NCBI GenBank assembly: GCA_964016885.1
Contig: OZ024740.1
Location: 120,590,001-120,654,000, forward strand
DNA from: Eledone cirrhosa
Lineage: Eukaryota
Direction of reading: 5' to 3'
Length of the DNA: 64,000 bases
Below the pieces are notes generated by a model. The model was not told the DNA's origin. It searched no databases and saw only the letters and a program-made list of their open reading frames with translations. Made by a program: the position numbers and the translations under genes. Shown in pieces: positions 37,454 through 52,302 of the stretch. Each line of letters opens with the position of its first letter. The stretch's first letter is position 1.

Positions 37454-37737
37454 AAATATATGTATGTATATGTATATATATGTATATATATATGTACATA
37501 TATATATATATATATACATATACATACATATATATATATGTACATATATATATATATATACATATATATATACATACACATATATATATATATATATACA
37601 TATACATACATATATATATATGTACATATATATATATATATATATACATATATATATACATACACATATATATATATATATACAGTGCCCCAGCATGGCC
37701 TCAGCCGGATGGCTGAAACAGGTAAAAGAGTAAAAGA

Positions 37738-37772
<35 letters not shown>

Positions 37773-38038
37773 CATATATATATATACATATATATATATA
37801 TACATATATATACATATATATATATATACATATATATACATATATACATATATATACATATATATATATATACATATATATACATATATACATATATATA
37901 GATATATATACATATATATAGATATATATACATATATATACATATATACATATATATACATATATATAGATATATATAGATATATATACATATATATACA
38001 TATATATATACATATACATATATATATATACATATACA

Positions 38039-38096
<58 letters not shown>

Positions 38097-38187
38097 CATA
38101 TATATACATATATATATATATACATATATATACATATATATATACATATACATATATTTATATATATATACATATATATATATTTAC

Positions 38188-38219
<32 letters not shown>

Positions 38220-38225
38220 ATATAC

Positions 38226-38272
<47 letters not shown>

Positions 38273-38279
38273 CATATAC

Positions 38280-38310
<31 letters not shown>

Positions 38311-38313
38311 CAT

Positions 38314-38385
<72 letters not shown>

Positions 38386-38404
38386 ATATACATATATATA
38401 TATT
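37454..38404. repeat. Compound TA/CA microsatellite with a SINE 3' tail fragment at 37683-37740
   Basis: Direct reading; GTGCCCCAGCATGGCC..TGAAACAGGTAAAAGAGTAAAAGA. Confidence 0.85.
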
Positions 38405-40271
38405 GTTATACTTTGGGAGGGTCATATTGCCAATAAGAAACACACGCACCAGTTGCTTTCACTTTAATTTATTATATAATTATAAATTTATAAATTTACA
38501 AATCAACAAACTTATAAATTTCTGGTTGTTTGGTTGGTTCCACAACCAGATAGTTGTTTATATATAGTTGCTTTCACTTCAATTTATTATATATTTATAA
38601 ATTTATAAATTTACAAATCAACAAACTTATAAATTTCTGGTTGGTTGGTTGGTTCTACAACCAGATAGTTGTTTATATATAGTCATAGTCCTTTCGTCAC
38701 ACACTCTGTGACCTCTTCAGTGACTGGGGATTCCTTTCTTTGTTTCTGTGCCTTTTTTGCAAACTCCATCCACCAGAGCATTAGAGTTACTATAGACTAT
38801 CCAAGTAGACACCCCAACCATCGATTACCTGTACTAGACACAGAGCTCTGGTTAGATACCATTAACAACCAAAAACAAATCCTCCATTCCCATTACGCCA
38901 AACCCATGACTTCCAAACATCTGATCCACCGAAACTCGGCCATTTCGGACCATACCAAAATCAACATACTGATTGCGGATTTGGTACGGGTGATGAGAAA
39001 CGTGTCCCGCATGTGCAACCCCGAAGAACTAGAGAGACACATACAACACTTCATCCACCGTATGCAGTTCTCTGGCTACAATCAGAGAGATAGAATCAGA
39101 GTGTATAGAGGAGCCAGAACCAAATGGGAAAAAATGGTAAATAATGACATAAATGGGACCTGCCCTTTGTATAGGAGCAAATTTTGGAATAGAATAGAAA
39201 GAACTAGGAACAAGGCCAATAGAATAAACTCATTGTATGATAGCAATAAATACCAGAGTGTAATGTTCATCAATACCACCCCGAGAGGCGAACTAGCCTA
39301 CCAATTTAGAAGGGCCCTAAATAAACATAAACTCAATATTAAGATAGTAGAAAGACCAGGTACCTTCGTAAAAACACTTATTAGCAAGACATACCCGTTC
39401 CAAAGACCCTCATGTATAGATAAGAAATGTATAACCTGTAAAATAAGCCCCCATATTGACTGTAAAACTAGAAATGTAGTGTATAGCATAAGATGTACTG
39501 AAGGACAATGTAGAAACAAAAATATAGTGTACATAGGTGAGACAGCTCGTAGTATAGGGGAACGAATAAATGAACACTGGCGAGACCTTCAAGATAATAA
39601 AGAATCATCTGTGCTCTACCAACATGCTAAGATAGAGCACAAGGGTAAATTAGAGAACATAGAAATAAAAATAGAATCCACACACAAAAAAGATGCAATG
39701 TTTAGGCAAATTACAGAGGCAGTAAGCATAAAAGAATTACAACCAAAATTAAATAGAAAATATGAGTGGAACAGCAACATCACAACTTACAATTAAGGAC
39801 AAAATGAAAACACACACACACATAGAACAAACAACCAACCAACAACATGTAAATAAATAAACAAATAAATAAACAAATAGATAAATGAACACAAACACAC
39901 ACAGACACCCGGATGTGGCGCATGCGCAAACTGAGCACAACACACAGAAACAAAATGGCGTAGGACAGAAGAAAGGAAAGGCACAGAAACAAAGAAAGGA
40001 ATCCCCAGTCACTGAAGAGGTCACAGAGTGTGTGACGAAAGGACTATGACTATATATAAACAACTATCTGGTTGTGGAACCAACCAACCAACCAGAAATT
40101 TATAAGTTTGTTGATTTATAAATTTATAAATTTATAAATATATAATAAATTGAAGTGAAAGCAACTGGTGCGTGTGTTTCTTATTGGCAATATGACCCTC
40201 CCAAAGTATAACAATATCGGTTTCAACACACGATTTCAGATAAATAATCTTGCTAAACAAATTCAGAAACG
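38405..40271 (+). mobile_element. Naiad-like PLE copy 2: inverted partial pLTR (38405-38753, with internal tandem duplication) + 5'-truncated ORF + pLTR + 59-nt tail
   Basis: 38759-39796 is an open frame with RT thumb and GIY-YIG. HHRs at 38681-38725 (minus) and 40007-40051 (plus). Confidence 0.95.
40007..40051 (+). ncRNA. Minimal type I hammerhead ribozyme
   Basis: agtca CTGAAGA g gtcaca-gagtg-tgtgac GAAA GGAC TA tgact. Confidence 0.82.
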
Positions 40272-40869
<598 letters not shown>

Positions 40870-41038
40870 ATTCTGCGTTCAATCGGGGTAACCACAGTAA
40901 GTAAGGTAGTCAATACATTAGTAGAGTGTAAACATCCTGTTTAAAATAGAAATCGCTTCTGCAGGCCTAGAACTGTTTCATTCAAAAGAAATAATCAAGA
41001 AATGTTGATTTCTTTTGATTTAAACAGTTCTAGTCCTG
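40870..41038. mobile_element. Small fold-back insertion (arms ~40962-40992 / 41008-41038) with left tail
   Basis: CAGGCCTAGAACTGTTT..TCAAAAGAAAT / ATTTCTTTTGA..AAACAGTTCTAGTCCTG between microsatellites. Confidence 0.6.
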
Positions 41039-41439
41039 TGTGTATGTATATATACACACATACATATATTTATATGTACATACATATACACACACACACA
41101 CATATATATATATATACATATAGTGACAGAGAGAGAGAGGCAATGTACAGCTGGATGCCCATTATAATTCCCATTTTATTAAGAGTCTCGCCAACAGGCA
41201 CAGCAAAATTCCTGCTGTTAAATGTGCATCTAGTTTAATAAAACTATATAAAAATACCTGGATCTCTTTAATTATCTTTCAAATATTTTTCTCTATACAC
41301 ATTCAATATTCATTTTCAAATACATGTTAACTAGCAGAGGTTAGAAGGAAATTAATCAAGCATTTTCCATTGGATGTGGTAATATTTCTGCATAAAGAAT
41401 GAAGCACAGATGAATTTAGAGAAAAGTGTGTATAAAAGG

Positions 41440-41715
41440 AATCAGAAGTAATGACTAAAAAGAAGATTGAATTGCTATGGACATAAAATGCTCATAGATG
41501 ATGACCATTGAACGAAGAGACAAGGAGTTACAATTGGAAAGAAACTGTGGTAGAGGTAGGCCAAGTAAACTATGGTTAAAAGTGGTGAAATCATATCTCA
41601 GAATTCTAAATCTTACAAAGCAGATGACAAACTAAAGAGACAACTGGATGTTGTACTGGAGTATTATGTCTAACCTATGTAAGCCTGAGGGATGGACGTA
41701 AATATAATGATGATA
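41440..41715 (+). mobile_element. Old RTE 3' fragment
   Basis: RRLNCYGH..., RGRP..W, GGACGTAAA.(TGA)n tail. Confidence 0.6.
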
Positions 41716-44035
41716 TCAAATAACAACATAAAATATGCATATATAAAGACTTTATAAAAGTGATAATAAAAATCTGAGGACCAAGTAAAGCTTGTACTAA
41801 TGCATATATTGGCCACCATCTGATGTGTTCTTAGAGAAATCTTCCTCTCTTACTAACTCTACTTCAACGAAACAGAGATCCTGTACACAGTCACTATCTT
41901 TTAGAAATAGCTATCAAATCAATTTTAACTGAACATTGAATAATGTCATCCTAGACACATTATATTTGAAGACAAGATAATCATGGTTGGAAGGCCTTAA
42001 TAATATATCTGTTCAGTCTGGTCTGATCTGAGCTACACAACCAAAGCTTCATCAAACTATGGAGCTGATCGTCATATCAGACCAAGGAAACTACTTTTCC
42101 ATTGATCTTTTCATTGATGATACTATCTGATTGCAACTCATGGTAGGAGGGGGTAGGATTTGTACTCCAAATGCAGAGAGCTGGATCAGACACCTCAAAT
42201 CATTCTTTCAAACTCTTTAACAATTCCACCTGGAACTATATTTGTCAACTCCATTATTTCCTATCTATTGATTTGAAAAGGTTGAAAGATAAAGTTGACT
42301 TTGGTCAGATTTGAACTCAGAGTGCTGAACTAATGCTGAGGCATTTAATCCTATGCACTAACAACTCTGTCAGATTTGCATTAGTTTGTGCCCCACCTAT
42401 TTGCTCTGATTTGACTGAGTTGATTAAATAATGGAATCTATTCCCACATTACCTCATTAACACTTCACTTTAATGACAGCTTTTTACACATATCCAATAC
42501 TATCTACCTCATTAATATATTTATAGCTGCATGCACTGAATTCTGAGATGCAATTCAAATCAAATGACACCACACATGTAAGCCACAACAGCTAGATATA
42601 TTATCAATGCAAAACAATCTAGAAACTGGACCCATGCTGATGTTAAGATGCATATATGTGATGTAGATTCCATTCATTTAGACTAGACATAAGAAAATAT
42701 CACCTCCAGTGTTAGTGATATCAAGTGTTAAGTGAAAACAGATGCACATCTATACACACACTCAATTACATGTATATAGGTGTATGATGATGACGATAAA
42801 GTCTCCCAAGATCAGAAGAAAAGCAAGAGGCTAGTAAATATAAGTGAGAAAACCAGGTGCAGGGGATATCAAGAGAGTATTATCCTGAACAACATTTAAC
42901 ATCTATTTTCCCTCTTAGCAAAGGCTGGTTGGAGCATAAGAGACAAAGTCAGCACTTGGTCGAAGCTATTGATCTTCCATATGGTCCAGGGGCAGCATCT
43001 TGTTTATGTACATTACCTTATATTATCAAGTGTACTAATTACATTTTATCATGACATCGTTACTATGGAGGTTGTTATATCTTTGACATAATTGAAAGGT
43101 CCTCTCTTTGTTTTGCATGTTTTCTATGGATGGGTTCTTTTGCTATCACCAAACAATTTACAGAGTGTAATGGGTGCATTTTCGGTGGCACCAGCAATAC
43201 TTAATAAGGCCCTGTTCCATTTGTAGGTTTGATAAATGGCTGTTGGCTGAGTTCATCTGCCCTTTATGACAGGCATTGTGTTTTATCCTTTCATTTTGCC
43301 AATCCACTCTCCACACATAAGGATGAGTCATTAGAATGCTGTATTTTATTTTATGGAGAGATTGTAGTGAAAAATGGCAGTAAATTAAAGACTTGAATGC
43401 TTAATGTGGTGCAGTCCCAGTATTGCTTTTCACTTTTCAACAAAGTCTTTCTCATGTGGTATCATGTAGTACCAGATGTTATGAGTTAAGTTAAACAGAT
43501 GAACCATAGTGTTTGATGCCACACAGAACATAGATCAAATAATAAAGGAAAAGTAAAAAAACAGATAAAGTTCAGATACAAAACTTGTTCATAAAGAAAA
43601 AATTACATTAATGCTTTTTATAATGTAAGTAAAAATCTCATTAACCATATTTCATTAAGTAATGATTAATTTCTCAGAAGACAATTTGTTTTGTCAGAAT
43701 TTTTCTTTTTAACTAAATTTCTATTATACCATATTAATATGTGTATGATGGAAGAGTAGACAACTGTTTCAAAATATACAAAGCTTCCATCACATTCATC
43801 ATCATCATTATCATTGTTTTTAAATTCACTTTTCCATGGGTAAGACAAGATATCTTCAAGGCAGCATTCTATGGCCAGATAAATTCTTTGCTATTTTTGT
43901 TTTCTTAGTAAAGCACCTGTGTTTACTTGTCAAGCAACTGGGTTGTGGGACATATTGGTTATCCAAGACAAACATCATTACTGCCTGTGCAAGTGCTGTC
44001 AATGTAAAAACATACATGAAAAAGGAGAGGGTAAT

Positions 44036-44445
44036 GTTTTCTTATTTAGGTACAAGGCCAACAATATTGGGGAAAGGAATGTTGATTAGATAAGCCCCAG
44101 TGCATTACTGGTACTTTATTTTATCGACCACATAACGATGAAAAGCAAAACGGACCTCAGCAGGATTTGAACTCGGGACATGAAGGGACATAACTATATG
44201 CCACAAAATATGTTGTCTGATGCTCTGTTGATATTGCCAATCAATGGCATAGGTGACAGTAATAACGGTTTCTGATTCAAGCACAAGGCCCACAATTTTT
44301 TGGGGAGAGTAAAGTCAATTAAATTGACTCCAGTGAATCACTGGTACTTTATTTTATTGACCCCATAATGGGGATATGAACTCAGAACATAACTATATGC
44401 TGCAAAGCATATCTCATTCTCTACTGATACTGCTAATCTACCACC
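44036..44445 (-). mobile_element. Two tandem Meta-core SINEs (44036-44230, 44265-44445)
   Basis: CTGGTACTTTATTTTATCGACC core and GATTTGAACTC B-box complement. Confidence 0.75.
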
Positions 44446-45092
44446 ATAGGAGAGTAGTAATGACAGATCATATGTCATGGAATGTTAGAAAGGTATGTTA
44501 GTTTATAACTCAACGTAATTCCACTCTATAAATTGATGAAAATGTTTTATTCAATGCATGTTTTCAACTCAATTAATCATTTGCCAGTCATTTTTAAATT
44601 AAGGCTTTAAAGCTCTTTGTTAAATATATACTTTTATTAAAAACTGCCACTCCTGAGTAAACATACAAAGAATTTTCATCATACAGACATCTTCAACACT
44701 TTCAAAAGTAATCACAATACCATTGTGTATGCTCATACACACCACATCATGCACACACCAATACATGAAGAAAAATTGTAAAAAATGAAAGCCTATATAT
44801 ATATATATATATGAAAACCATTGTTATAAAAAATTGTGCCTTCAATAAGTCTTCATAAAAGAAGTTCACTGGGTATAATTCTTTTTTTTAAGGTTTGCAT
44901 ACAAACAAACACACTCATATGTAGATACAGATACACTACTAAGTGTAAAAGAAACAACAAACATATACAAAGCGAAAGAGTTTTGATAAGATAAATCGAA
45001 GGGATAGGTGCCTATCAATAAGCAGTTAGATAAAGCTAAAAAAGTATGTGGTATGATAAAAGCAATTTTTAATCACACATTTCACCCACCCC

Positions 45093-45330
45093 CATCATCA
45101 TCATCATCGTTTAACGTCCATCTTCCAAGCTAGCATGGGTTAGACAGTTTTGTTCTATTTGATGTGGGATGGTCGGGAGACTGTGTCTTGCTCATACGGA
45201 AGTTCTCTGGCAGGTTTTTTTACAGCTGGATGCCCTTCCTAACACCAACCACAGTGTGGACTGGCCTTTTTACCGTGTCTCTTACATGACCACTTACAGT
45301 GTGGACTGTTGTGTTATCGACACAGTGGAC
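45093..45330 (-). mobile_element. RTE-tailed SINE
   Basis: (CAT)n CGTTTAACGTCC..TACAGCTGGATGCCCTTCCT; an opposite-strand copy lies at 45560-45760. Confidence 0.75.
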
Positions 45331-45866
45331 GGAACTTATGTAATTATATTTTTGTGCCTGTTTGAATCCTTAAGTCTGAAGATATCTCAACTAGTCAGGC
45401 AATATATGCTGGTCTATCTTACTAACATTGGACAGATTTTGCTTGAAAAATATGCATCAAGAACACTGAACTTTAATATAAACTAAATGTTTTTACTTTA
45501 ACTACACTGAGGATTTTTTCCTTTGCCTTTTATCTATGGATATCTTGCATGGTTGTGTAGGTGCCATGATAAAAAAACACTCATTACACACTGTAAATGA
45601 GGTTGGTGTTAGGAAGGGCATTCAGCTGTAGAGATCAAGCTAAAATCAGTCCTGTGTAAGCAAGATATGATCACCTGACCTCGCATTGCCCACAACAGGA
45701 CAACTCATCTAATCGATGCTAGCGTGGAAGAATGGACGTAAAACTGTCATGATGGTGATGATATTTCTGTTTACCTTTTACATACATACACAAATATATA
45801 ACAAAACAAACAGCACAGTATATGGAAGGAATATATTAGTTTAAGCTTGAAATAGCAGGAAGAGGG

Positions 45867-45902
45867 TCTTAACATTTCGAACGCTAGTCCATCATCAGAA
45901 GA
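45867..45902 (-). ncRNA. Minimal hammerhead ribozyme motif in an orphan pLTR-like fragment
   Basis: tctt CTGATGA t ggac-tagc-gttc GAAA TG TT aaga. Confidence 0.7.
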
Positions 45903-46074
45903 AAGAATGAGAAATTAGAAAGATTGAGGGGATGGACAGGGTGGAATCGGGGAAAAAGAGGAAAAATAACAGGTACAATTCATGTTCCCATTTCTTGGAA
46001 AACTGTTGATGCTGGCCTTTTGTGTATGATATAGATTTTTAGAAAAGTGGATGATATATATATATATATATATA

Positions 46075-46390
46075 TCATCATCATTTTATGTCTGCTTTTC
46101 CCTGCTTGCAAGGGTTCGACGGGTCCTATTCAGCACAGCATCTCTCCACTTGTCACGGTCCTTCATCATCTCCTCAGTGAGATTCAGCGATCTGTGGTCT
46201 GCTCTCACCACCTCCGCCCATGTTTTTCGTGGTCTACCTCTACTGCGGCTTCCTTCTACTGGGAATTCTTGGCACTTCTTTATCCAGTGGTCATCCTCCA
46301 TGCACATCACAGGTCCATACCATCACAGCCTTCTCTCCTGCACACCACGACTTATTCCTCTTATACCCAGTTTCTTTCTCAACTCGTCTA
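46075..46390 (-). mobile_element. RTE LINE 3' fragment (same family as 7616-8005)
   Basis: WIKKCQEFPVEGSRSRGRPRKTW..DRDKWR. Confidence 0.85.
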
Positions 46391-46629
46391 TATATATATA
46401 AGAGAGAGAGAGAGACAGAGAGAGAGAGAGAGGGGGAGAGAGAGATTGGGAATTATCAGTTTAGACTAGTAATATCATTATCTATCTATCTTGAATCAGT
46501 AAATATTAAGATGAAGTAGTGGAAGACTAAACTTTATCACATAAGTTCGTTTTGTGTGGATAAAGTGTGTGCATGTGATCTGCATTTACCACTTCAGGCT
46601 AGCGTGGAAAATGGATGTTAAATGATGAT

Positions 46630-47160
46630 GATGATGATAATATTCAAGGATCAGTCTGCCTTGTGGCCCCAGTGGACAGGATTGAGGAGACATTGCCCTG
46701 GAGGATGGCAATAGAGGTGCACTGGTACAGCCTCTCTAGCTTGCAGGGCTCACAGTTGATGTGGGTTGGGGCTCAAGAATGCTGGAAGTCTCCACTACTA
46801 TAGGATCTCCCACAAAACTATCAGAAAGCAGACAATACATTAACAGTTTGAGCTCTTTCGCCTGGCAAATAGTGAAGCTTGGGTTGGTAGCTTAATGTAC
46901 CTGGTTGCCACTGGAAGAGGTGTTACATGAAATGACACAGCAGATAAAGGCCTACCCCTGCAGAACAGGAAGATTGTTATGCATTTGGACATTTGCTGAT
47001 CGTTCAGTCCACTGGCTTGTGCTGGGAAGGGAAGCGTGCGGTGTTCAGGCCATGATTTATATTCTCATTGTGAGCAGCATGGCATGGGGGGCAGCCCGCA
47101 CTGCATGGTATCCCATTTTTTTTTTACAAGGGGGTGAACATCCACAGGGTAGAGTTTGAG
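46630..47160 (-). mobile_element. Decayed CRE-like non-LTR element, restriction-like endonuclease region
   Basis: HAAHNE.I..GL, ITIFLFCRGR and SIAILQGNV resemble CRE motifs RH..LN, PDG.T..P...G and SIAIQRGN. Confidence 0.55.
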
Positions 47161-47251
47161 ATGTAGGAAAGTAGAGTGCAGGTATTGTAAAGAGTAACTA
47201 AATATATATATAAGCACATATATATATGCTTACATAGATACATACCTTTGT

Positions 47252-47286
<35 letters not shown>

Positions 47287-50200
47287 CAGACATATATACA
47301 CATATATCCCTTCAGTTTATAATTATAAATAATAAAGATTGAAAGGGAAAACATCTGAATGTAGATTACCAACTATAAATCATTTTGAAATGAAGGTTAT
47401 TCCTAACATAAAAATTTTGAGGTGAGTAAGGATAAGGTAGAAAATCATAAATCATTCCCACAAACAATTTCTTTCAAATTTCTTTTATTTTTTATTTCAA
47501 TATATTTTATGCATTTAGTTTTCAAACATACACCAAAGATGAATTTTGAAAAAATCTACGTTTATAATCTTTCATTTTTAAATATTAAAAACAAATTTAT
47601 AAAGTTATGAAGAAGAAAAGATGTCAGAAGACACTGTAAAATTATTTCAACAAGAGTTGTAACAATGTTTTGTTTTTTATTATATTTTTACCTATATTCA
47701 TGTGTGAATATGTATTTATATACAGAAAAACGAACGAACACACATATATATATGTTGATGATATACACATTTATATACAATTATATTAACGTATTAATAA
47801 TTCTTTTATTATATTTTAATAATGGAAAGCAACAGTATAAAATATTCAAATATTCAGAAAACTTAGAAAAATTTAACTGAACTAAAAATATGTTTTTATA
47901 TAACTTATATAGAATTATTGATTGAATAAAAATTATCAATATTGAACAGAAAAATAATTAACAGCTTGTTTTAAATACTTATAAAATAATAAATATATAA
48001 GCTAAATGGGTTTTTTCTGAGCAAACTATATATATTTTATTTTATTATCTTTCAGATTAATTTTCATCCACCTTTTGATACATGAGTATACATTTATAAT
48101 TAATTAATTAAAGAAGGAAGGCCAGCACCTAGCCTGTTGAGATCGATGTAGTTAATAATTCATTTTGAATTTATATAAGTTATGCCTGATGGGAGGGCGT
48201 TGGATTAACCTTTTTATTACATGAAAGCTGCTGCTTAAAACTTAAAAGATGTTTTGAAAATAATTAAGAATTTGGGGGATTTAGTATTGTATATAATTTT
48301 CTCATTAAAGTGGTGTTTGGAAGATAGCATAGCAAAGCCTCTTATAAAATTGACACGATTACCCCTGTGGATCTACATACAAAGGCTTTTCTTTCTGTCA
48401 GTTTAGCCATTATCCTACTATATCTCTCTGGTATCCAAAATGTACAACGTGCACAACTTATAGAGTTTATGCCAACTCATTTTCTACATATTGAGCAGGT
48501 TATTATCCCTGGGGAAATCAGGACCCTATTATCTTTCCTACTCAGTAGCACTTTAGTTTTACTCTTAGATCTTTTGGTTTCCGAATAATCAATTTAAATG
48601 TTCATGTTGAGCTAGTTATCCATGGCAGACTAGTGGAAGTATCTTGTATTTCTTACAGTAGAGAAACAAAACAAAATATACTAACATAAATGAATATAAA
48701 AATAAAAGTAAAGCAAAAAGTAAAACAAAAAATAAAATAAAATAAAAAAACTTCAATAAGGAAGCCCAGCTGGAGGTAAAATAAGCATAAAATATATTTT
48801 TAAAAAATAGGCAGCATGAGAAGCTGTAAAGCAGCTAGGCAGTTCTGGTGTTGAATTTTTTCATACCCTCCATGTACTCAAAGATTTTGTTTATAGTTGG
48901 TAGATCTTTTAAAATATATTGTATATCCAATCTTCGTAATTTATCTTTTTAATGATAAATAAAGTACCAATTAATGTAGTAACTCATTGCTCTAAAGCAA
49001 CCATAAGAAAACGTTATGAAGACATCTAGGTTTCATCATCACAAGAGATTGGATGAAATACAACAATGAGAAATATGCAAATGATGTCAAATCTGAACAG
49101 CAACAGTTCTGGGGAATGTACATGTGTGTGTGCACATGTTTATGAGTGCTGACATACAAACTTGCATGTATAAAGATAGATAGAAATAATGAGAAATACT
49201 GACAGCTATACCTGAAATCATGAATGCACTTGTTGCTAAAAATCCTGTTACGATGAGAAATTCAAATCCAATACCTAATTTAACATGTAAATATAAAACC
49301 ATAAAAGAAAGACAGTATAGCTCAAACATTCAGCACAACCTCTATAAATATTACGTGGAAATCAAATGACAACTACAAAGGAAACTAAATTCTATTGAAG
49401 TGCCTGGTGAATACATGAGTGAATCAGCAGAACAACAACAAAACAATTACCTCCAAACAACATTCAAAATGCACAAACTACCTGAACTACCAACCCATAT
49501 AGGAGCCAACAAGAGAGCCTCTAAGCTGTTGCTTGGCCTGCTAGATGTAACAGCCAAATTACCTTTACAGCACAATTGTCTTTCTCAAAACGAAAAAAAA
49601 AAATAAATAAATAAAAGGATTGATAAGCTAGTCTGCATATAACTATGCTTGAAACTCATAAATGTGATGGTCATGGGTGGAATCCCTTTGATCATAGATC
49701 TGATGAATCTATGCTGACCTGGGGCAAAAAACTACATACATCATGCTCATCATCATCATTGTCTTTACAGCCATTTCATGATGGCACAGGTTTCAACCTG
49801 TGCCATCGTAAAATGGCTGTGGTAATTTTTCTATAGTTAGATGTCCTTCCTGATGCCGAAATACTAACAAATTCTACACTATATGAACAACTACTTTTTC
49901 GTTTCAATATTCTTACTGACTATTAAAAAAGACAAAAACTTAGTAAATAGAAGTACAGCATAGAACTTTAAAAAATCAACTCTATAAGATCCTACATTCA
50001 TTTCTTTGACTTCCCCAAAAGTAATCTAAATCATTCACATTTAATAGCTACAGTAAAATTGCAGAATTACTAATCTTTTCCAACTGCCTGGAGGCAGATA
50101 CAAAAAGTGGCTATGGTGATATTTCTCCACTATATTCTAATATCATATCTTGTAAATTTTATTCATTTTAAATGTTCAGAATAAGATTACAAAGATAAAA

Positions 50201-52135
50201 AGAAAGTGGAAACAAGGAAAGAAGCAGGGATGAGGGGCTAAAATCAATACCATTTTCAGGACCACACATCTTTCAAATTTAACATATATTTCATGCTCAT
50301 TGTTTTTACATCCATATTTCCATGTTGGCATGGGTTTGATAGAATATTGTAAGGCAATATTTAACTGCACAATGCCATTCCTGGTGTGCCAACCCTTTTA
50401 GTTACCTTTTACAACAAACAAGGGTAGAGTCTATTCTAAAATCCGGGATATCAATTCAGTTATGACAGAAATTATGCAACAACCTAATAAATCTACTTGA
50501 ATATTTGAATGTTCCATGCTATGCATTTGAAGGAGCTAAAGTACTTCTGACAAGGAAGTTGTGTACAATTGTGTTTGTCTTATTAGAAAGTAGAGTAGAT
50601 ATAAATGGTTATGAGGGTCTGACTGATATAGACATTAAGTGCTCTTAAGAACACTTTGGAGTCAGATTATTGATTTTTATATATTCTATCTACTTTGATA
50701 TGTGAAAGGTTAGGTATTTCTGAGAATCTGAAATATGTATAAAATATTAGAGACTATATTTTCTACATAGATCTCTTTATGTAAACAAGTAAAATAGATA
50801 AAATAGAAGGTGAGGTCATTATTATACCTATTTGAGCAATGCATCTTGCTTTGCTATGAGTCAAAATGTTATGCTGTAGTTCAGCTTTGCATTTATTCAG
50901 TTACAACATTTGTATGTGTTAAATTTAGCTTTTTTTTATTTTATTAAACTTGAATACCAAATAATATATTTCCTTCAAAAATTAATTTGAATATATAAAT
51001 AAAAAGAAAACTAGAGCTAATTATTTCCATCTGTGATATAAATACTAGTATAACTAGTTAACTAGTGATATACAATGGGAGAATAACATAACAATTAAAA
51101 CAGATATATGTCCAAGGAATAACATAAAATAGTAAATAAAGTATGATAAACAAATGAAACAAAACAAATAATTAAGATAAAATAGCAATCTAAAGAAAAG
51201 CAAGAGAGTAACAAATATAATTTAAAATATAATTAATGAAAATGTGATTAAAAAATAAATATATGGTGATTAGTTCATTTGATTAATGTTAAAATTGAAT
51301 GTTCTATTCTATTATATCTTCATATTTATTATTATTTTTGTTTAAAGATATGCTTGTCATTTCACAAGTTTATATTTCATAACATATGTTCATGACAATG
51401 CCACCAACTAGCTATTAAAATGTATTGCAAACAGAAAAATTACTTAGAAAAATACACAGTTTCTTCCAAATGAATTAAAATAAAAGCAATGTGTAGAAAA
51501 TAAAAATTCAAGATGAATTTACAAACTTGTAATAGTAATAATGAAGATATCGTTTATATAGAATATTAAAATTGAAAATCTGTATTTCTGAATGTGTACA
51601 GTGATTTCCATGACAAAAGTTCATTTTAGTGCAAAACTATTTTGACTAATGTGGTCTCTAACAGAAACCATTTGTCTAAAATAACTTACAGTACATTTTT
51701 GAACCTGAGGTTGTTAAAAAAGGATTAATGTTGATTAATTTTGTACATGGTTAAGACATTTCCAGACATGTCTGAAAGTGAGATATGTCATAAAAGATTC
51801 AAGAAAAAGAGAGCAAGAATGAAAATGATTAGAAGATATATTCGTAAGCATTCTATTCAAATTATATAATCTCAACCAACCAATTTGATTATTTTAGCAT
51901 GACATTTGGATTTCTGTAAAAAGGTATCCTGATTACAATGAGAATGGGGAGCAACTACTACCATACGAGAGTTTCAAAGAAATTTCAACAGAAATTGCCT
52001 AGTTAACTGCCCCAACCACATAGGCCTACCTGTCATCGACATATACAGTTACAGCTAGTTTTAGATTTCTCTTCAATTTGTGGTCAAGAGAAAATATGTA
52101 TTTTGTTGAAACTTAAACAAAATTTGAATTACATA

Positions 52136-52302
52136 CCATATTTCCCAGCACGAAAGGTGCTTCGTCCTCGTGGATGCACCCTAATTTTGACAACCAAAAT
52201 TCGAAAAGAGATAATAAGCAACCTTCGGCCTCCAGGACGCATTGTAGATTTTTGAGACTTATTTTATGAAAAAAGTAACGTCTTTGACGCCAGGAAATAC
52301 GG
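52136..52302. mobile_element. Tc1/mariner-pogo-type MITE
   Basis: TA|CCATATTTCCCAGCACGAAAG ... CTTTGACGCCAGGAAATACGG|TA: imperfect TIRs with TA duplication. Confidence 0.7.

Noticed and set aside
38669-38758. N-terminus of the 375-aa ORF (and likewise of ORFs 63040-63639 and 10197-11771)
   Set aside because: Fortuitous read-through from inverted pLTR or junction sequence, not a real start.
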